63,697 nt of DNA, taken from positions 91,283 to 154,979 of the forward strand of contig MNCI01000248.1 of the NCBI GenBank assembly GCA_015680685.1. Direction: 5' to 3'. The position numbers and the translations under genes were made by a program. Positions 12,420 to 24,776 of this stretch are shown here, one piece after another. The stretch is from Gnetum montanum. Lineage: Eukaryota > Plantae > Gnetophyta. The notes under the pieces are model-generated. The model was not told where the DNA came from and did not search any database. It worked only from the letters and a program-made list of their open reading frames with translations. Numbering within the stretch: the stretch's first letter is position 1; each line of letters starts with the position of its first letter.

Positions 12420-13466
12420 ATTAAAAACTAGAAAATAAAGAACATAGGATGCTTGTTGTGAATAATGTGTTTGCAAGACATGAACAAGAACTCCACAAAG
12501 AGATACAAAAACTCCAAGATAAGAGATCTACAACAAGATGACAAAGTGAAGACTAAATGGACCAAGATGAGAGCATGAATGAGCATGGACTGAAAATGAA
12601 GGCTACAAACCAAATGAGGATACTCCAAGAACTAGAAAGAAGACAAATTGATGGAAGAAAATCTCAAAAGATAAAACCCAAAAGTTGAGGAGACTTCTCC
12701 CAAAAATAGTAGACATCTCTATCCTTTAGAAGATGTCACCCTAGAGATGTCCCATTTTTCAGTGAGACATATGTCTTGAATTGAGGCCAATCTTAAGTAG
12801 ACATCCTAACTGCAAATGAGACATCTATGCTAGTTTTTTAGAAGTCATTGCATAAATTCAAAGGATTTTTTAGAAACTCCAGCACTATTAGAAGATACCA
12901 AAATCTTGAGAATTGTGCAAGCATTGATCACATCAAATCAATCATTATCTTATATATATTATTATATTCTTGTTCTTCACTGTAATATCATTTTCTTTTT
13001 TGTATTTTGTATTGAACTTCAACAACAAGAACTTCTAATATTACTTACATCCTTTCCTTGTGTCTTTTTCTTTATCCTATTGCCATGCAAGGTTGATGTG
13101 CTTCTTGCAAGAAGGCATCCACATTGAGTTTGTTAGGACCTTGAAAAGTTGAGTGGTTTTGTAGCATCAAAAGACTCCAAAGTGGAGCTCAATTTTGTAA
13201 TGCTTGTGGGATCCTTGAAATCACATTCTAAGCTTGTTGGAACCTTGGAGGATTGAGTGGTTTCATAGTGGTGAAACACTCAAGTGCTGAACTCAAAGCT
13301 TGTATAGGGTATGGTACCCTTCAAACCACATTTTGTTGAGAAACAAAGTCCATACATGTCCATGGATTCTACCCTCCAAGTGTGGAAGTACCAAAGTTAG
13401 GAAAGCACATAAAATTTGGTGTTTTTTTTGTGGTATTCAAACCTCCTTCTAAGCTCTCAATCCTTA
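12420..13466 (+). repeat. 5' LTR of the SIRE-like element (5' terminus eroded)
   Basis: Collinear with about 16818-17899, e.g. CATGAACAAGAACTCCACA and CACATCAAATCAATCATTATCTT occur in both. Confidence 0.82.
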
Positions 13467-13468
13467 AA

Positions 13469-13481
13469 TGGTATCAAAGCC
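13469..13481 (+). promoter_or_regulatory. Primer binding site (tRNA-iMet)
   Basis: TGGTATCAAAGCC directly after the LTR. Confidence 0.88.
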
Positions 13482-13521
13482 TAGTACTCTTACATTTAGC
13501 TTCAACATTCAAGAGTAAATT

Positions 13522-14440
13522 ATGAAGGGGACATCCTACATAAAGCCACCAATGTTTGATGGATTCAATTTGTCTTATTGGAAGGAAAGAATGCAAGGCT
13601 TCTTTGTGTCAATGAAGTTAGAGGTATGGGAGTCCATCCTTGAAGGTTACACATTGCCTATCGATAATACAACAAAGGTCATCAAGCTACAAAGTAAGTG
13701 GACATCAGAAGAAAGAGATAAGTTCATGTACAATTCTAAAGTTAAAAATTATTTATATTTTTCATTAAATAAATCTGAATTTAATAGAGTAGGTGGATGT
13801 AGAACGACCAAAGAAATTTTGGAAACCTTAGAAGCTACTTATGAGGGTACATCCATTGTCAAACAATCAAAATTCTTGGTTTTACAAATTGAATACAACA
13901 AACTCAAAATGAAGAAAGGAGAAAAGATAAAAGATTAATTTTCTGGGATAAATGATCTAGTTGTAGCAATGAGGAATATAAGCAAGGACTTGCCTAAAAT
14001 TAATGTAATCATTCAGATGATTAGAACACTACAACCTAAGTTTAGACCTAAGGTTACAACTATGCAGGAAATTAGAGATTTTTCAATCTTAAAATTTAAA
14101 GAACTCCAAAGTGCTCTCATTACTTATGAAATGAATCTCATAAGTTAAGGAGCAATAAAATAAAAGTCCATTCCCTTAAAATTAGCATCCAAAGAAAAGG
14201 AAATAGCTAAAAAATATGTGAACAATGATGAGAAAATAGCTCTTCTATCAAGAAGAGTTCAAAGGCTTCTAGTAAGAAATGGAAGAAGCCTCAATCAATT
14301 AGGATCCAACCAATTAAACTTCAAAGATAAGGATAGAGGTAAAACTATTTCAATTTCTAATTTTGATTCTTTTTCTTTCAATAAAATTTTGGGTATGTGG
14401 TGGAAGAGGCCATGCATCCTCCAAATATCCTAGCAATGAT
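13522..14440 (+). pseudogene. gag: Copia/SIRE-type gag with degenerate zinc knuckle
   Basis: KPPMFDGFNLSYWKERMQGFF...EILETLEATYEGTSIVKQSK...KMKKGEKI (DUF4219/UBN2-like pattern). WVCGGRGHASSKYP near 14390 is a decayed CX2CX4HX4C. Confidence 0.85.
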
Positions 14441-16782
14441 AGGTTACCACAAAAGGATAAGACTAAGATGGACATGAAGAAGACCAATTTCTACTCAAGC
14501 TAGGATAATGGAGAGCAAAGTGAAGAAGAGGTTGATGACACCACAAAAAATTCTTAGCTTATATGTATGGCTCTTAAAAATGAAAATTCATTACAAATTT
14601 CTAATGAACCAAGAGGTGAATATGATGAAAGGTATAGTGAATTATGTGAAGAAATTCTGATCCTACATTATTGACTCAAAAAGGTAAAACAAAATATGAA
14701 TAGAATATTTTCTAAAACTCATACCTTATCTTCTAGATTAAAAAGGAAAATCTTAGACATAAAGGCTAGAATACAACTACTAACCCCATTAGATGAAGAG
14801 AAATGCAAGGATACTCAAGAATAAGGGGTCAATGAAAATAATAAAAATCACCCTAGAAGTGAAAGCTTGGAAAAATCCCCACAAAATGATAGTCATACTA
14901 GATCATGTGTAATTATGTTTGATGACTCTACTCATAAAGGAAACACTTTATTTATTTGTTAAAATTATGAATATAAATAAGACTATTATCCTCATTTTGG
15001 ACAAAATACTATTAATGCTTGGTATTTTCAAAAGGATTCTAGTAAGTGTATCTTATAGGATGAAATAACTTGGAATGAGAATGGGGTGAAAGTTGAAAAA
15101 ATATCTACAAGAATGGATGATAAAATAAATTATCATAGATTCTCACATCTTGAAGAACCTAAACAAGAAGAATTGTCATACATGATTGAAGACATCAATA
15201 AAAGAACTAATGAAAGAAAACTAGAGGATAAGGAGGTACTCCATGATAGAGGACCACATCTCAAACTTCATTAGTACTTCCTACATCAATAAATAAGTAA
15301 GGTAATTCATGATAACTTTCTATTTCCTTACTCACTAGTTAAATTTGGTTTAGTCTTTGAATATTCTATAAATTATTTTTATCAAAGAAAACATATATCT
15401 TAATTCATTAGAATAATGGAGAAGCAAAGTAGTATGGCTATCTTTCATGTTATCCCTTGAACTATTTAGCTACTTACATGTCCTTAAAAAGCTATTTTTG
15501 AGAGTATCTGAATTTGGATTTCAAGAATGGTATTCCATTCATTCAATGATTTGGACTATGTTTTGTAAGAGAATTATAAAGAAAGGCATAGTTGGATGAT
15601 CAAGCAAAGACAAATTTGTTATGATTTATGCCTAGTAATTTTTTTCTACTATTTTTTTCTATAAATGTTGTTGGATTGCTTAATATTCTTGAATAAGAAA
15701 AATTGGAAAAAATTAGCTTTAGGTTTTGAAAATGTTAAAGAAAAGATAAGAACATATATAAGGGAAGCTTGGATGTCATGAATTACTATGAAGCATAAAT
15801 ACTTGGCAAGTTTATGAAGATCTTCTCCAAGACATACTTCTTAGGAAGGAAACAAAAGGTATATTCATTTGATACAAATTGAAGGTAAATGAGAAAAATG
15901 TTTTTGATTCAATCTTCAAAATTTCTATTACCTAAGAGTGATAATCAATTGTGCAACTATCTAGAATTTATTTGAATATATCTTTATGATTATACTACAT
16001 TATTGACATATAATGAATATACATACTCTTGAGTACTCAAGTTCCATATTTATTAATAGTCATCTAAATATATATACTCCTACTAAAGCAATATGAAGTA
16101 CTCATACTTCTATTCTAAAATTATGAAAGCTTCTTAGGAGGCTATGAAAATGAATGGATAATATACCTTAAGATTTCCTTAGATACATGTGATCAAAGTG
16201 AATATCTTAGAGACTATTCTATTTCTTGATTTAGATTTGAAATTTGATCTATATCTTATTAGTTGGATATATATGTACTTCTTTTTCTTCATATGAATGT
16301 ACTATGTATGAAGATGTATTGAGAAATTTCTCATGAGTTCTTACTTAAATGGAGATTGTGTTAACTATCTTTTAATCTATCTTATTACTAGTTGAAATGT
16401 CCCACTTTCTTTCTAATGATTGTCAAAAGGGAAAGAATGTAATGATAATATACTATGGATATGTGATTATGATCTATGTGTTATGTGATGACTTGCAATA
16501 TGATGATGATATTATGAATTAAGCAACATTAGGATCTAATGGATACATTTGAACAAAGTATCATGAGAAATATTGCTATTAAATGATAATAACCTTATGA
16601 ACATACTTGATGAATATATTTGAATAGTTCTAACCTTCTGATGGTACTAATGCTCATGTTTCTAGATTCTTAGTCATAAATTTCCTCATTAGAAAACTCA
16701 CAAGTGTCTTAATGACTTATAAGGTATGTACTGTGTTGATTTTAGGATCTACTAACCTATTTTCTTAAGTTTTGGACATTAC

Positions 16783-16795
16783 AAAAAAGGGGGAG
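16783..16795 (+). promoter_or_regulatory. Polypurine tract
   Basis: AAAAAAGGGGGAG, 2 nt before the TGTTG start of the 3' LTR. Confidence 0.85.
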
Positions 16796-16797
16796 TT

Positions 16798-17899
16798 TGT
16801 TGACCATTTGGTATGTCAAAACCTTAAGAAAAATGGAGAACATAGAATGTTTTTTGTGGATAATGTATTTGTAGGACATGAACAAGAACTCCACAATGAG
16901 ATATGAGAACTCAAAAAGAAGAGATCTACAATGAGATGACAAACTAAAGAATACATGGGTTGAGATGAGAGCATGAATTAGCATGGACTAAAAATGAAGG
17001 CTACAAATCAAAATAAGATGCTCCAAGGACTGGGAAAAAAATAAATTGACAAGAAAAATCCTAAGAAGATAGAACCCACAAGTTGAGGAGACGTCTCCTA
17101 GAAATAGTAGACATCTCTATCCCAGAGAAGATGTCTCCCTAGATATGTCTCATAGAAGATATTTAATTTTCTAGTTAGATATCTCTCTTGAATTAAGGCC
17201 AATCTTAAGTAGATGTCTCAACTTCAAAGGAGACATCTACACTAGCCATTTGATAGTCGTTGCATGAATTCTAAGGAGTTTTTGAAAACTCTAAGGCTAT
17301 AAGAATATACCAAAATATTAGAAATTATGAAAGAACTATTCACATCAAATCAATCATTATCTTATCTATCCTATTATATTCTTATTCTTCATTGTAATAT
17401 CATTTTCTTGGTTTTATGTTGTATTGAGCCTCAATGACAAGGACTTGTAATTTTAGTTACATTCTTTCCTGCTATCTTTTTTTTTCTTGTTGTCCTAGGG
17501 GGTTGATGTGCTTCTTGTAAAAAGGAATTCACATTGAGCTTGTTGGGACATTGTAGGGTTGAGTTATTTTGTAATATTAAAATACTCTAGAGCAAAGCTA
17601 AATTTTGTAAAGGTTGTGGGATTCTTGAAACCACATTTTGAGCTAGTTGAAACCTTATGAGGTTGAGTTGTTTCCCAATGATGAAACACTTTGGTGTGGA
17701 GCTTAGAGCTTGTACAAAGTTTGGTATCCTTTAAAACAAATTTTATTAAGACATAAAGTTTGGAGTTGTGCACAAACTCTATCCTTCAAGTGTGGAAGAA
17801 TCCATGTTAGGTAACCACATAAAATTTGGTGTTTTTATGTGGCAAGTACAATTTCACTTAGGAACTTAGTCAACCCCCTTTCTAAGTTCTTGATTCTCA
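16798..17899 (+). repeat. 3' LTR of the SIRE-like element
   Basis: TGTTG...TCTCA termini, C-rich CAACCCCCTT about 20 nt from the end, and a cluster of AGA(C/T)(G/A)TCT palindromes at 17088-17240. Confidence 0.88.
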
Positions 17900-17961
17900 T
17901 AGATGTGAGACTCACATGATCAAACCAAATGCAAGAGCTCTTTTAAAACAAAAAAATGATT
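17850..17961 (+). repeat. 112-bp direct duplication, copy 1 (copy 2 at 20408-20519)
   Basis: Direct comparison gives 6 mismatches in 112 nt. It spans the LTR end plus its flank. Confidence 0.9.
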
Positions 17962-18830
17962 AGCCGCCGAATTAGGATTGGAAATCATCCGCACAAAGTC
18001 GGTGGCGTACTTCATCAATGTGGACCCGCAGGTGCAGCACTGGGTTACACAAATCCTGAACATTCAGTCCGGAAAACTCACCGATACCTACCTAGGTATC
18101 CCACTGTTCCAATGGGGACAGAACAGTACTTGGACTCCCCTCCTGGCCAAACTTGAGAAGCGCATACACCACTGGGCAAACCGTTTTCTTACCCGCAAGG
18201 GCTGCCTCCTCATGGCTACTGGGATCCTCACGGCCACTGCGAGCTTTGTGGTGGCAGTCACCATGCCCCCTGCGACCATAATTCACCAAATCAACGTCAT
18301 GATCCGTAGCTTCATTTGGTGGGGGGGCAAAGGTGGGAGCAAGCTTCACCTTGTTAACTGGCTCCATGTCGCCAGTCCTCGTCAGGCAGGGGGCTTGGGG
18401 GTCATAACTTTCGAAGATGAATGAATGATGGGACAGCAACTGCTCGTCCACCGGTTGACACGTGCCCTAGGGGAGCATTGCCAATGGGCCCGCATCGCCC
18501 ACCAGAAATACATGCCTTGGCTACCTGGACTGCATGCTTCGCGGCCTTGGCTGACCATCTGTCGGCATGTGCACGAGATGCTACACCTGGGCTGGATCCA
18601 CCTCGAGCCGTGCGTCATCCTGACGCAAAAATTTCCCACGGAAGATGGCTGGCAGGAGATCTGGCACAGGCGGCTTCCCGAGAAAGTCAAAATGTTTCTC
18701 TAGCAGATAAAATCTGCGGCACTCCCCGTACGCGCCGTACTATAGCAGCGCGGTATCACACATGAAACCATGTGTCTGCGCTGTGGAACTAGCTCTGAAA
18801 CACTCACCCACTTCATTTACGAATGCCCTT
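17962..18830 (+). mobile_element. 5'-truncated plant L1-type LINE ORF2 fragment (RT C-terminus to zf-RVT)
   Basis: DTYLGIPL...LEKRIHHW...IRSFIW...LHLVNW...PRQAGGLG, then WQEIWHRRLPEKVKMFL*...CLRCGTSSETLTHFIYEC. In-frame stops; no RT core and no poly(A). Confidence 0.85.
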
Positions 18831-19029
18831 GCATGATCGCCACTTGGCACGCATGCAGGATTCCCCTCCCTGCGGCGATTTAATGGTGACTCCTGGTCGG
18901 TGCTGCTGTTATGGCACGCTTGGAAGGTGCGGAATTGCACGATCTTTGCACAAGCGGCAAGCCCCCCGCCCCCAGCGACTTATCCTGTGGACCCGCAGAG
19001 CGTGGCGCAAGCTTGCGGACACCATGGGA

Positions 19030-19704
19030 GCAACGCCGACGTATGAACCTGACTACGCCGTCTACCAGGATGATGCAGAACTCTGGCAGATGGTTTGCCA
19101 ATGCGGCTAGGCCGACCTGCTGCAGAGGCTAGTCGGGGACCCTGACCTTCCTAACAACACATTCTTTACTAACTAGCGTGGTGATTAAACTTTCTTTCGA
19201 GGCTATACAATTCAGCTCACGGAAGCCACCCTGGCCAGCTATTTGGGGGTCCCGGCCGCTGGTGAGATCATCCTACCGACCTCCTGCAGCCTCCAGAACT
19301 CTGTGACCTTTTTCGAGGGGCTATCCCTGAGAACGCAGAGCCACCAGGTCCCTCGGTCTTCTCTCCCACGCCTCTGGGCTCGCTCCGCCGCCTTGGTAGA
19401 ACTTTTTTTCGTCCAGTCGGGCAACGTGTCCAAGCTCCAGGGGTTGCATTTCACCTTCTTGAGGTGCTTGAAGGAGTGCATCCAAGTTAACCTACCGCGG
19501 TTCTTCCTTGAGGCCCTCCGCCATAAATGCCGGGGTCACCACTCAGGGTTAATTTTGGCTTTGTGGCGGGGGGAGGGGGGCAGGGGGCTCCTAGCCCATC
19601 CTCTGCCCCCCCTGGGGGTCGCCTCACTGATCCCCTCCCCCACCACCCAGATTTTCCCCACCCTGGCCGCTCAGCAGCGGCAAACCGCTTTGAACCTCAC
19701 CTAG
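19030..19704 (+). pseudogene. Decayed ORF resembling accessory ORFs of plant LTR retrotransposons
   Basis: One frame with stops: YEPDYAVY...CG*ADLLQRL...QLTEATLASYLGVPAAGE...LHFTFLRCL...VNLPRFFLEAL...HHSGLI. Similarity judged by recalled pattern only. Confidence 0.45.
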
Positions 19705-20407
19705 GGAAGCTGCTCTCGTCGAAATCTCCCCCCCCTTCGCCTGATCCCCCCAACGCCCCCCAAATTGGGAGGCAGAAATGCAACAAGTGGTTGCTGCTGC
19801 TCGGGAGGCCGAGCGACAGATTTCGAAGGCAAAGTGGACCGAGACCCTGGCTCAGTGGCACGCCGACCACGACACCTAGCTTCGTGAACAGGCTCAACAG
19901 CTAAGCCAGCAGCACACGCTCATGATGGAGACCTCGTTGGCCTAGCTCATTGATGAGCTCTAGGACCGAATCAGGGAGGAGCTGCACTAGGAAGAGGCGG
20001 CTCGTCAGGCCCAGGAGGCGGCAACCCGGGAGGAGCAGGAGTGCCTGAGGGAGGAGGAGGAGCAACGGTAATGACAACTTGACTGGGCACATGTTCACAG
20101 TGCCTGTCAGTGGCTCAGGGGGGGGCCTTGCCCATATAGCATTTTGGGCATTAGTTGTGAGAGCTCCTGGGGAGCTCAGATGACACATCAGACGCACGTC
20201 CACTAGATTCCACCCTGATGAGGGTGACTTGTCGGCTGACCGGAGTAGGAGAGAGGCTACGATGTAGGGCATCCAACAAGCCGCGAACTTTATGGACACC
20301 AAGGAGCATCACGCCACACTGGACCTACTTCATGACCTGGAACAGCCTCAGTGTGCCTGTCGCCTTCTGCCTACTCGCCCCTAACGGCCCCCCCTCTTGC
20401 CGCTGCN

Positions 20408-20519
20408 AATTTCACTTAGGAACTTATTCAACCCCCTTTATAAGTTCTCGATTCTCATAGATGTGATACTCACATGATCAAACCAAATGTAAGAGCTCTT
20501 TTAAAACAAAAAAATGATT
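20408..20519 (+). repeat. 112-bp direct duplication, copy 2 (immediately after a single N)
   Basis: Matches 17850-17961. Confidence 0.9.
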
Positions 20520-20598
20520 CTAAAAAAATGTTGAGATGGATTAAAATCCATTTGAGTACACATGATAAAGATTGATCAAAAATCAATAAGATAGACTA

Positions 20599-21463
20599 TG
20601 TTGACACATCCCCATTGACATAGCCCCATTAATGTATCCCCATCAACATATGCTAGGATGCATTGATGTAGTTATGATGACAATGACATAGTCACTACCT
20701 ATATAAAATGCATGTATCCCTCACATTTACAACATTTTTCAATCATAGTCGTAGCCAAACCCTTGTAGTTTCTTTTCTCTAGAGTTTAAATATTTTTCCT
20801 CTAAGTGCCTGAAATGTGGATCTAAGAGATTTTATGAATTTTTATTTGAGTGTCTTTGTACCTAAAGGCATTGGCACTATGGTACTAAAATCAATATTTT
20901 CTACCTTCATTGTATTACTTAAAATAGCTTAACTTTACTTCAATGCACTTTACTTTACATGCACTTTCCATTACTTTCCTTAATTAAGTAATTTATATTA
21001 TTAATCATAAATACGTGAGTATGATCACATCAAGCATAATGTGTTAATGCTTAGTACTCCTAGCAATGGATATTTGGCATAACTATTAATATTCACTTGG
21101 TAACCTAGTAGTGTTAACACTAGTTCAAGATGTGTATGGTAACTGGAAACAGTTACTCCACATTAAAATAGTTAGTTATTATACTAGTTGATTAGTTAAA
21201 TATTTAATCATTCAACCCTTATCCACTCATCTAGTTATTAGAAGAAATATATATATATATATATAATTTACATATCATATGCCTTAACCATACATACAAT
21301 CAATACATAACTATGGATTAAGAAGATAATGATCTTACAACTTCACAATTCACTATTTAAGAACATTAGTCACTTAGATAACTAAGTCTATAGAATTGGA
21401 CTAGCTCACTAGTGAACCCTTATGATTCATATGATTGGACATAGGGGGTACCTATTACTCATT
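20599..21463 (+). repeat. 5' LTR of old Athila-like element C, followed by a degenerate PBS (about 21464-21482)
   Basis: Starts TGTTG; TATA box CCTATATAAA near 20698. The 3' end GGGGGTACCTATTACTCAT-TTTAGCACGATTCCTAGCGACTTAG parallels the A/B LTR-PBS junction. Length is about the same as the B LTR. Confidence 0.7.
21247..21264. repeat. (AT)n microsatellite
   Basis: Directly visible. Confidence 0.9.
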
Positions 21464-21615
21464 TTAGCACGATTCCTAGCGACTTAGTTTAGTTATGTAT
21501 GCTTTATATTATTAACTAGTGAAATTATACACAAACATTATGAGGAAAACTTAACAAATATCTCTCATGCTTATCAAAAATATTATCCTATGGTACACTT
21601 ATGTGAATTTTTAAA

Positions 21616-22807
21616 ATGGCTTTTGCTAATAGGGAAGAATCTTCACCACATGGGGATAAAAATAATAGATAATAAGAGAGGACACAAATAACTACTGGTA
21701 AGAAGTCATAGTAGATAAAGATAATGTATGCGCATCTAAACCACCATTATATAGACTTCATCTTCATCCTCCCTCAGGATGAGCAATTATTACAGAGAGA
21801 TATGGATGGCAGCATCATGTTACCTCCAAAGTTATCTATCCCTATCATGCTCATGGCCCAAATCATGAGGCTAGGCCTTAAAACAACTAGGCCTGAGTAT
21901 GAACTAATAAATAATATCTCCATATAATATTAGTCTATAAAGGCATAAATTTGAAAAGAAAAATGTATGAAGGCCTGATATGAAGCCTCCAAGGGTAAAT
22001 GACTCTCATGATCCTTGTTCCTATAGCCACATAGAGAGGGAAAGAATCTCTTTTCTTCATACTCTTAGTATACTAATTCTTGTTCTTTTATTAAGAAGGA
22101 TACCTTTTACCAATGGTTGTAGTCCATCTTGGAGAACCTTGGTCATGGGCAGACAAGATCCAAAAATCAAAGAACCTCATAAAATAAATCTCCTAGTCAT
22201 TCAACCAAGGACAAGAAGAATGATAAAGACAAAAATCAAAATAAGGGGAAGAATTAGGACAAGGGAAAGAACCAAAAGAAAAGGACTAGAAGAAACCATT
22301 CTATTAGTCATCCACTATCACGATCCTCCTCATGAGATTCTGAAAAGAGGAGCCATGATAAAGAAAGAAATTGGAATGATTGGGATCAATATAAGGATGA
22401 TAGCAGGATCCATCAAGATGATAGTGATCAAGAGCATTGACGACACAAGAAAGAGAAGAATTTCATCACTAAGAATGAAGGCATAGTAGGCCTCATCATA
22501 GGAGACATTAATATAAGGGTGATGACTATGATGAGTCATTACTAGCTACAAGAAACACACTCAATGTTTCAAAAGTAGGGAGGATCCCCACCAGGCACCA
22601 AAAGGATAGCAGGATTAAAAAGTTGGGGAGTTAGAGGTCCTAGATCAATTCAAGTAGGAGCCCCTTAAACCTAAAACCTTACAAACTAATCTAGAATATG
22701 CTTATCTTGATAACAGTATGCTGGTAATCATAAATACCCATATTTCTCAAGCATAAAAGAAGAACCTACTTAAAATGATTAAGAAATGGCCAATAGCCTT
22801 TGCCTAC
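21616..22807 (+). pseudogene. Element C: gag N-terminus fused by deletion (near 22626) to the pre-RT linker
   Basis: DFIFILPQDEQLLQRDMDGSIMLPP and LLATRNTL...RIPTRHQKDSRIKKL match unit A gag. Then LKPKTLQTNLEYAYLDNSMLVII...AFA, the Athila pre-RT linker. Confidence 0.8.
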
Positions 22808-24127
22808 TATAGTACTTGAAAAATTCAATTGTTGGAAGAACCAAAAGTCCCATGCGAAATAGCCTAACCTTGGATCCCAAGGGCCTCAGAGAAATGGGAT
22901 CCAAGGTACCCTAGATGATCTAGTGGATCACCTAAGAACTTAGAGAATGTAAATGGAGAAAATAAAATTTCATATTCAATAGCAAATAAACATAGAATTA
23001 AACTTTGAATAAAATTTTCATTACAAATGAAATAACAACCTTTATTAAAATAGCAAAAATGCTAAAAGTATAGAGTTCAAAGAGTATAAATTATGTGCTT
23101 AAATGCATAAGAAAATTGTTTGGATAGAGCTTGAAGCCTATTGGAGCTGGAAGGTTGTATTTTGAAGTTAAACTCCATGATCTAGGTACTCCTCAACCCC
23201 ACTTTTCAAAAGCATCTTGCTATTTTTTACTTGAATCTATAAATTTTGGATATAAATGATGTAAACAATGGTGTTTGACTTTGGTAGTAATGGAACTAAA
23301 CTAGAAGTCTCTATTACTTAGGTAGATGTCAATTACTTTAGAAGGCTTGCAAAATGCTAAAATGGATTTTAGATGCTCAAGGTTACTATGGTGGTATGGA
23401 TTGCACTTATTTTTGAAAAGAAAAAACATATTAGAACTTAAATAATGTGTTTGAGTTTGGCTTTTATATGCTTAAAGGTTGTTGATTTCATGCTACAAAT
23501 TTTTTCCATGATTGTTAATAGATTGACATGGATTGCAAATGTAGCAAGCTCTTATTCAAACATAGTTGACCATTTATGAAAAGTTTTGATCCATCAAAAC
23601 CCATCTACATACTAAACGTAGTAAATGTACTTTTGTGACTATGCTTGCTTCATATCAACTATGTTGGCCATGTGAATACCACTAAGAATTATTATGACTA
23701 TGTTTACCATTATTAGAAAAATGTGAAATCCACAACTCCAATGTTGGCCTTGTAACATCCACATTAGGTTTTGTGACAAACACACTAGAACTTGCTAGAA
23801 AATGAAAACCTAACATCACTAATGCTAGGTGTAGGTGGTTCTAGCATAGTTGAGGCTATACCACCATAAAAAATAATGTAAATGCCAAATTTGGTAGTGC
23901 CCAAGGCATTTTTAGCCTTCCCAAGCCAAAATATAGACATAACATTACTTTTTTCACTTGGGATGTGAGGTAGTAGCAACTTATGAGGCATTATTTAGCC
24001 CCTAAAAGTTAAAGGATGCAAGATTGTAGCTCATGGGCTACAAATCTCACATTTACAATAAAATCTTTCCTCAAGTGGGATAGTGAAAGTTACAAATTAT
24101 AACATGAATTTTCATAGTGGTTTTTCA
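22808..24127 (-). repeat. 3' LTR of X
   Basis: Collinear with 58525-59832 (AAATAGCCTAACCTTGGATCC; GTAGGTGGTTCTAGCATAGTTGAGGCTATACC). Confidence 0.88.
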
Positions 24128-24776
24128 TTGGTCCCTCTTTATTGATGTTTTGAGGATTGGCCTAAGAGACATTGATAAAGAATACAAAACATCACTGTAG
24201 GTTCATCACCAACATTTTCTCTATATGCTTGATCTAGTAGTGTCAAACCATGCTTAAGAGCACTTGTGATGATAAGATAAGGTTATGATGAGATGATTTG
24301 GGATAAATATTGTATTTGGCTCTAAGGAAATGGTCATGAGGATTAACAATGAGCTTAGATGTTAACATCATAACTATAACAGTAATGACATATTGAATGA
24401 TCAATGAGGTCTTTGTGCCTCATGTCATCAAGATGAGGATCACTTGGTAGTGTTATTGAGGAACAATATCTCGCTCCAATGCTTCTCAAGTCATTAGGCT
24501 CCTCCCTTTAGATGTTTAAATCCATAGGTTTATATTTTTTCCTTCATTTTTCTTTCAACTTCTTGGTAATTTTCTTCCTCCTTTTTTTGGGGGGGAGGGG
24601 TAAGATGAAACTTTCATTAGGTTTCATTGCCAAGGTTAGGCTTGATTTAGTTTGTTTATTGAATGAGATTCAATGGACTTGGCAAAGCATGATGAAGGAA
24701 ATATCAACTGGTCATAATGCATGAGTGTCAATCATAGGTTACCATTATCATTTAAGAAACGGAAGGTCATAATTAG

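Larger units (their letters stand above)
12420..17899 (+). mobile_element. Ty1/copia SIRE-like element carrying gag only (TR-GAG-like, non-autonomous)
   Basis: Two LTRs of about 1.1 kb, tRNA-Met PBS, copia gag, PPT AAAAAAGGGGGAG with an upstream PPT-like copy near 16424. No protease/integrase/RT motifs seen. Left boundary approximate. Confidence 0.82.

Noticed and set aside
11100-12420. Possible older copia-like background fragment (minus-strand GCTAAAGGGGAGAGG near 12250; GGATTAAAATCCATTT shared with about 20538)
   Set aside because: Too degraded to assign boundaries or a family.
21980-22486. 168-aa Ile/Lys/Arg-rich ORF
   Set aside because: Off-frame reading of the low-complexity gag region of element C.
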